The translations under genes were made by a program, and so were the position numbers. Shown here piece after piece: positions 60,487-64,000 of a DNA stretch of 64,000 nucleotides. Origin of the DNA: Alphaproteobacteria bacterium (GTDB taxonomy: Bacteria > Pseudomonadota > Alphaproteobacteria > GCA-2746255); contig OZ252220.1 of the NCBI GenBank assembly GCA_965249135.1, positions 416,001 to 480,000 on the forward strand, written 5' to 3'. The notes under the pieces were generated by a model. The model was not told the origin of the DNA. It ran no database searches and was given only the letters and a program-made list of their open reading frames with translations. Each line of letters begins with the position of its first letter. Position 1 is the stretch's first letter.

Positions 60487-61577
60487 CGGAACCCGAAGCC
60501 CTCGCCGCGCCGTTTGCGCGGGCCAATCCGGAGTTGCTCGGCCAGGAAGGGGCGGAGCGCCGCCTGATGGAAGCGTGGCGTTCGGACCGGTTTCCGCATG
60601 CCTGGCTGGTGAGCGGGCCCCGTGGGGTGGGGAAGGCCACCTTGGCTTACCGCTTCGCGCGTTTCGTGCTGGCCGGTGGGGCGGCAGACAAGGCGGCATC
60701 CGGCCTTTTTCTTCCGCGTGAGCACCCCGTCTTTCAGCGAACGGCGGCCGGCACCCACGCCGATCTCTTGACCATCGAGAGCGGAAACGAAGCAAAGGGC
60801 GAGCGCAAGCGAGGTGAGATCCCGGTCGAGGAAAGCCGGCGCATCGGCCCCTTTCTCACCCTGACGGCAGCGGAAGATGGCTGGCGGGTCGTCGTCATCG
60901 ACGGCGCAGACGAGATGAACCGTGCCGCCGGCAACGCCATCTTGAAACTTCTCGAGGAACCTCCGGCAAAGGCGCTTTTGTTGCTGGTGAGCCATAACTT
61001 GGGGCGCGTGCTTCCGACGATCCGCTCGCGCTGCCGCCATTTGCAGCTCGGGCCTTTGGATCCGGCAATCGTGAGCCGGCTTTTGCACGGCTATCGGCCG
61101 GATCTGGAGACGGAAGTGCGCACAGCCCTCGTCCGGCTCGCCGAAGGCAGTATCGGGCATGCACTTTGCCTCGCCGACAAAGGCGGGCTTGATCTCTATC
61201 GCGATCTGATGGGGCTTCTCGGCACGTTGCCCGATCTCGACATACCATTGCTGCACGCCTTCGCCGGCCGTTTGAGCGGACCGAAAGCCGGCGAAAGCTG
61301 GCTCATGACCACCGACCTCTTGAGTCACTGGGTGGCGGGGTTGGTCAAGCGCGGTGCGCTGGGCCGGGAAATGCCGGAAGTCATCGGCGGTGAAAACGCC
61401 CTTGGCAGCCGCTTTCAGGCGGGGGCGAACCTTGCAGAATGGGTTGAGGTGTGGGAAAAAATCAATCGCCTCTCGGCCGTGGCGGAACGCAGTAATTTGG
61501 ACCGCAGACAGGTTCTGGTGAACGTCTTTCACACGTTGGAGGGTGCCGTGCGGCAGCCGAGCGAGCCGGCGGGGTAG
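60483..61577 (+). CDS. holB: DNA polymerase III subunit delta'
   Basis: HAWLVSGPRGVGKA, NAILKLLEEPP, PTIRSRC; between tmk and metG. Confidence 0.93.
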   Translation: MTEPEALAAPFARANPELLGQEGAERRLMEAWRSDRFPHAWLVSGPRGVGKATLAYRFARFVLAGGAADKAASGLFLPREHPVFQRTAAGTHADLLTIESGNEAKGERKRGEIPVEESRRIGPFLTLTAAEDGWRVVVIDGADEMNRAAGNAILKLLEEPPAKALLLLVSHNLGRVLPTIRSRCRHLQLGPLDPAIVSRLLHGYRPDLETEVRTALVRLAEGSIGHALCLADKGGLDLYRDLMGLLGTLPDLDIPLLHAFAGRLSGPKAGESWLMTTDLLSHWVAGLVKRGALGREMPEVIGGENALGSRFQAGANLAEWVEVWEKINRLSAVAERSNLDRRQVLVNVFHTLEGAVRQPSEPAG

Positions 61578-61624
61578 CGACCCCGTCAGCCCCTGGCGCC
61601 GGTCTGAAGCAGTCAGGAGCGAAG

Positions 61625-63157
61625 ATGTCCGCGCCGAAGCCCTTCTACCTCACGACGCCGATCTACTACGTCAACGACGCCCCTCATATTGGTCACGCCT
61701 ATACGACGCTGGCTTGCGATGTGTTGGCGCGTTTCCTGCGCCTGGACGGGGCCCGCGTCAAGTTCCTGACCGGCACGGACGAGCATGGCCAGAAGGTCGA
61801 GAAATCGGCGGCCGCCGCAGGGGAGGAGGCAAAACCCTTCGTCGATCGGGTCTCCGGGAATTTTCGCGAGCTGGCCGATGCGATGAATTTCTCCCACGAC
61901 GATTTCATTCGCACGACGGAAGCGCGCCATCGGCAAGCCGTCCAGGCCCTGTGGAAGGAACTCGAGGCAAGGGAGCAGATCTATCTCGGCACCTATGCGG
62001 GTTGGTATTCCGTCCGCGACGAGGCGTTCTATGCGGAAAGCGAGCTCATCGACGGCAAGGCGCCGACCGGTGCCGACGTCGAGTGGGTCGAAGAGCCAAG
62101 CTATTTCTTCCGGCTTTCGGAATGGCAGGCGCCGCTCTTGGAATTTTACGAGGCGAACCCGGATTTCGTCGCCCCTCCGAGCCGCCGGAACGAGGTCGTA
62201 AGTTTCGTGAAAGCTGGACTTTTAGACCTTTCCGTCTCACGCACCAGCTTCACCTGGGGGATACCGGTTCCCGACCACGCGGGCCACGTCATGTATGTGT
62301 GGCTCGACGCGCTCACGAACTACCTCACCGGCGTCGGCTATCCGGATACAAAATGTGAAGAGTTTTCAACCTTTTGGCCCGCAGACGTTCACGTCGTAGG
62401 TAAGGACATCCTGCGCTTCCACGCCATCTATTGGCCAGCCTTCCTGATGGCGGCCGGCATCGCGCCGCCCAAGCGCGTGTTCGCCCATGGCTGGTGGACG
62501 AACGAGGGGCAGAAGATTTCGAAATCGCTGGGCAACATCATCGATCCCTTCCCACTGATCGAGAAATATGGCCTCGACCCGGTGCGCTTCTTCTTGATCC
62601 GCGAGGTGCCGTTCGGAAAGGACGGCGACTTTTCCCATCAGGCCATCGTCCGCCGGATGAACGGGGATTTGGCGAACGATTTCGGCAATCTCGTTCAGCG
62701 CGTGCTTTCGATGATCCACCGGAACTGCGAGGCGGCGATGCCTGCGCCCGGCAAGTTAACGAAGGCGGACGCGGCCTTGCTCGCCAGCATCGATGCGGCC
62801 TTTCCGGAGATGCGTGAACAAATGATGGAACAGGCCTTCCACAAGGCGCTGGTCGTGCTATGGGCGCGCATCGGCGAGGCCAACCGCTACGTCGATGCAG
62901 AAGCCCCCTGGGAGCTCAAGAAGAAAGACCCGGCCCGCATGCAAACGGTCCTCTACGTGCTGGCGGAAGCGATCCGCCATCTCGCCATCCTCGTCCAGCC
63001 GGTGATGCCGGGCTCGGCCGCGAAAATCCTGGACCAGCTCGCCGCCCCCCAAGACGAACGCAGCTTTGCCCATCTAGGCTCCGCCCATGGCTTAAAACCC
63101 GGCACGCCGATCCCCAAGCCTACGGGCGTCTTCCCACGCTATGAGGAAGGGAACTGA
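61625..63157 (+). CDS. metG: Methionine--tRNA ligase
   Basis: TTPIYYVN..PHIGHAY, YVWLDAL, GKDILRFH, KISKS. Confidence 0.97.
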   Translation: MSAPKPFYLTTPIYYVNDAPHIGHAYTTLACDVLARFLRLDGARVKFLTGTDEHGQKVEKSAAAAGEEAKPFVDRVSGNFRELADAMNFSHDDFIRTTEARHRQAVQALWKELEAREQIYLGTYAGWYSVRDEAFYAESELIDGKAPTGADVEWVEEPSYFFRLSEWQAPLLEFYEANPDFVAPPSRRNEVVSFVKAGLLDLSVSRTSFTWGIPVPDHAGHVMYVWLDALTNYLTGVGYPDTKCEEFSTFWPADVHVVGKDILRFHAIYWPAFLMAAGIAPPKRVFAHGWWTNEGQKISKSLGNIIDPFPLIEKYGLDPVRFFLIREVPFGKDGDFSHQAIVRRMNGDLANDFGNLVQRVLSMIHRNCEAAMPAPGKLTKADAALLASIDAAFPEMREQMMEQAFHKALVVLWARIGEANRYVDAEAPWELKKKDPARMQTVLYVLAEAIRHLAILVQPVMPGSAAKILDQLAAPQDERSFAHLGSAHGLKPGTPIPKPTGVFPRYEEGN

Positions 63158-63945
63158 TGCTCGTCGACAGCCACTGCCATCTAAGCTTTCCGGATTACCA
63201 GGACGACTTTGACGCGGTCATGGCAAGGGCCGAGGCCGCCGGCGTGAGGGTAATGCTGACGATCTCGACGAAGCTGTCTGATTTTCCGAACGTGCTTCGC
63301 ATCGCGGAATCTCATGCAAACGTCTGGTGCACGGTCGGCGTCCATCCGCACGAGGCGGAAGGCGAGGGGGCGGAAGTTCGCGTTGAGCATCTCGTCAAAC
63401 TCACCCGGCACCCGAAGGTCGTCGGCATCGGCGAAACCGGGCTCGATTACTATTACGAACACAGCCCGCGCGAGGCGCAGAAGGCAGCCTTTCGAACCCA
63501 TATCGCCGCGGCCAGAGAAGTCGGCCTGCCGCTTGTCGTGCATTCCCGGAACGCCGAGGCCGATACCGTCGGAATCTTGGAAGAAGAGATGGGGAAGGGG
63601 GCCTTTACGGGCCTCATCCACTGTTTCACCGGCACGGACGCGCTGGCAGACGGCGCCCTTGCCCTTGGCTTCTATATCTCGCTATCCGGCATCCTCACCT
63701 TCAAGAAGGCGGACGCATTACGCGAAACGGCAAGGAAGATTCCCCTCGCGCGTCTCCTCGTCGAGACGGATGCGCCCTATCTGGCGCCGATGCCCTATCG
63801 GGGAAAACGGAACGAGCCGGCCTATACGGCCGAGACGGCCAGCGTGGCGGCCGAGTTGTTCGGTCTTGATAGGGCCGCGTTCAATGAGGCGACGACGGCG
63901 AATTTCTTCAGGTTGTTCACGAAGACGACGCGGCCGGAAATTTAA
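63157..63945 (+). CDS. tatD: TatD family deoxyribonuclease
   Basis: DSHCH, GETGLDY, HCF, ETDAPY. Confidence 0.93.
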   Translation: MLVDSHCHLSFPDYQDDFDAVMARAEAAGVRVMLTISTKLSDFPNVLRIAESHANVWCTVGVHPHEAEGEGAEVRVEHLVKLTRHPKVVGIGETGLDYYYEHSPREAQKAAFRTHIAAAREVGLPLVVHSRNAEADTVGILEEEMGKGAFTGLIHCFTGTDALADGALALGFYISLSGILTFKKADALRETARKIPLARLLVETDAPYLAPMPYRGKRNEPAYTAETASVAAELFGLDRAAFNEATTANFFRLFTKTTRPEI

Positions 63946-63949
63946 GGAA

Positions 63950-64000
63950 ATGCAGGCGCGGATCCTTGGTTGCGGTGGTTCCGGTGGGGTTCCGCTGATC
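63950..64000 (+). CDS. MBL-fold metallo-hydrolase (PhnP-like), 3'-truncated at window edge
   Basis: MQARILGCGGSGGVPLI; usual gene after tatD. Confidence 0.75.
   Translation, partial: MQARILGCGGSGGVPLI

Overview
GC-rich chromosomal fragment of an alphaproteobacterium, probably Rhodospirillales-like (inferred from gene order and protein motifs). Most of it is conserved housekeeping synteny: dgt-argS-SPOR-nagZ-S2P-scpAB-tatABC-serS-pcm-nlpD, yajC-secDF, trmFO-uvrA/ssb-gyrA-coaD, recG/sdhE-mfd and mltB-rlpA-dacA-tmk-holB-metG-tatD, plus tRNA-Lys(UUU) and tRNA-Ser(UGA). Three accessory blocks interrupt it. (1) 15.0-18.8 kb: a split PuuD-like gene, two DUF4399-like genes and a complete group II intron inserted antisense exactly between the last codon and the stop codon of one of them; its RT gene is frameshifted. 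(2) 29.2-40.2 kb after tRNA-Lys/yajQ: two paralogous secreted C-x-P-repeat Cys-rich peptides followed by three tandem GYD-domain genes, an FGE-like lipoprotein, an unannotated ArfA-like 47-aa ORF and a 15-bp x5 tandem repeat. (3) 48.0-56.6 kb around tRNA-Ser: a secreted protein broken by an in-frame TAG and carrying a low-GC coiled-coil cassette, three tandem paralogues of an uncharacterised enzyme-like family, and a frameshifted OGT/SPINDLY-like plus Sel1 gene pair. The best candidate for an undescribed system is the Cys-peptide/GYD/FGE locus. All family assignments are by eye; no database searches were run.
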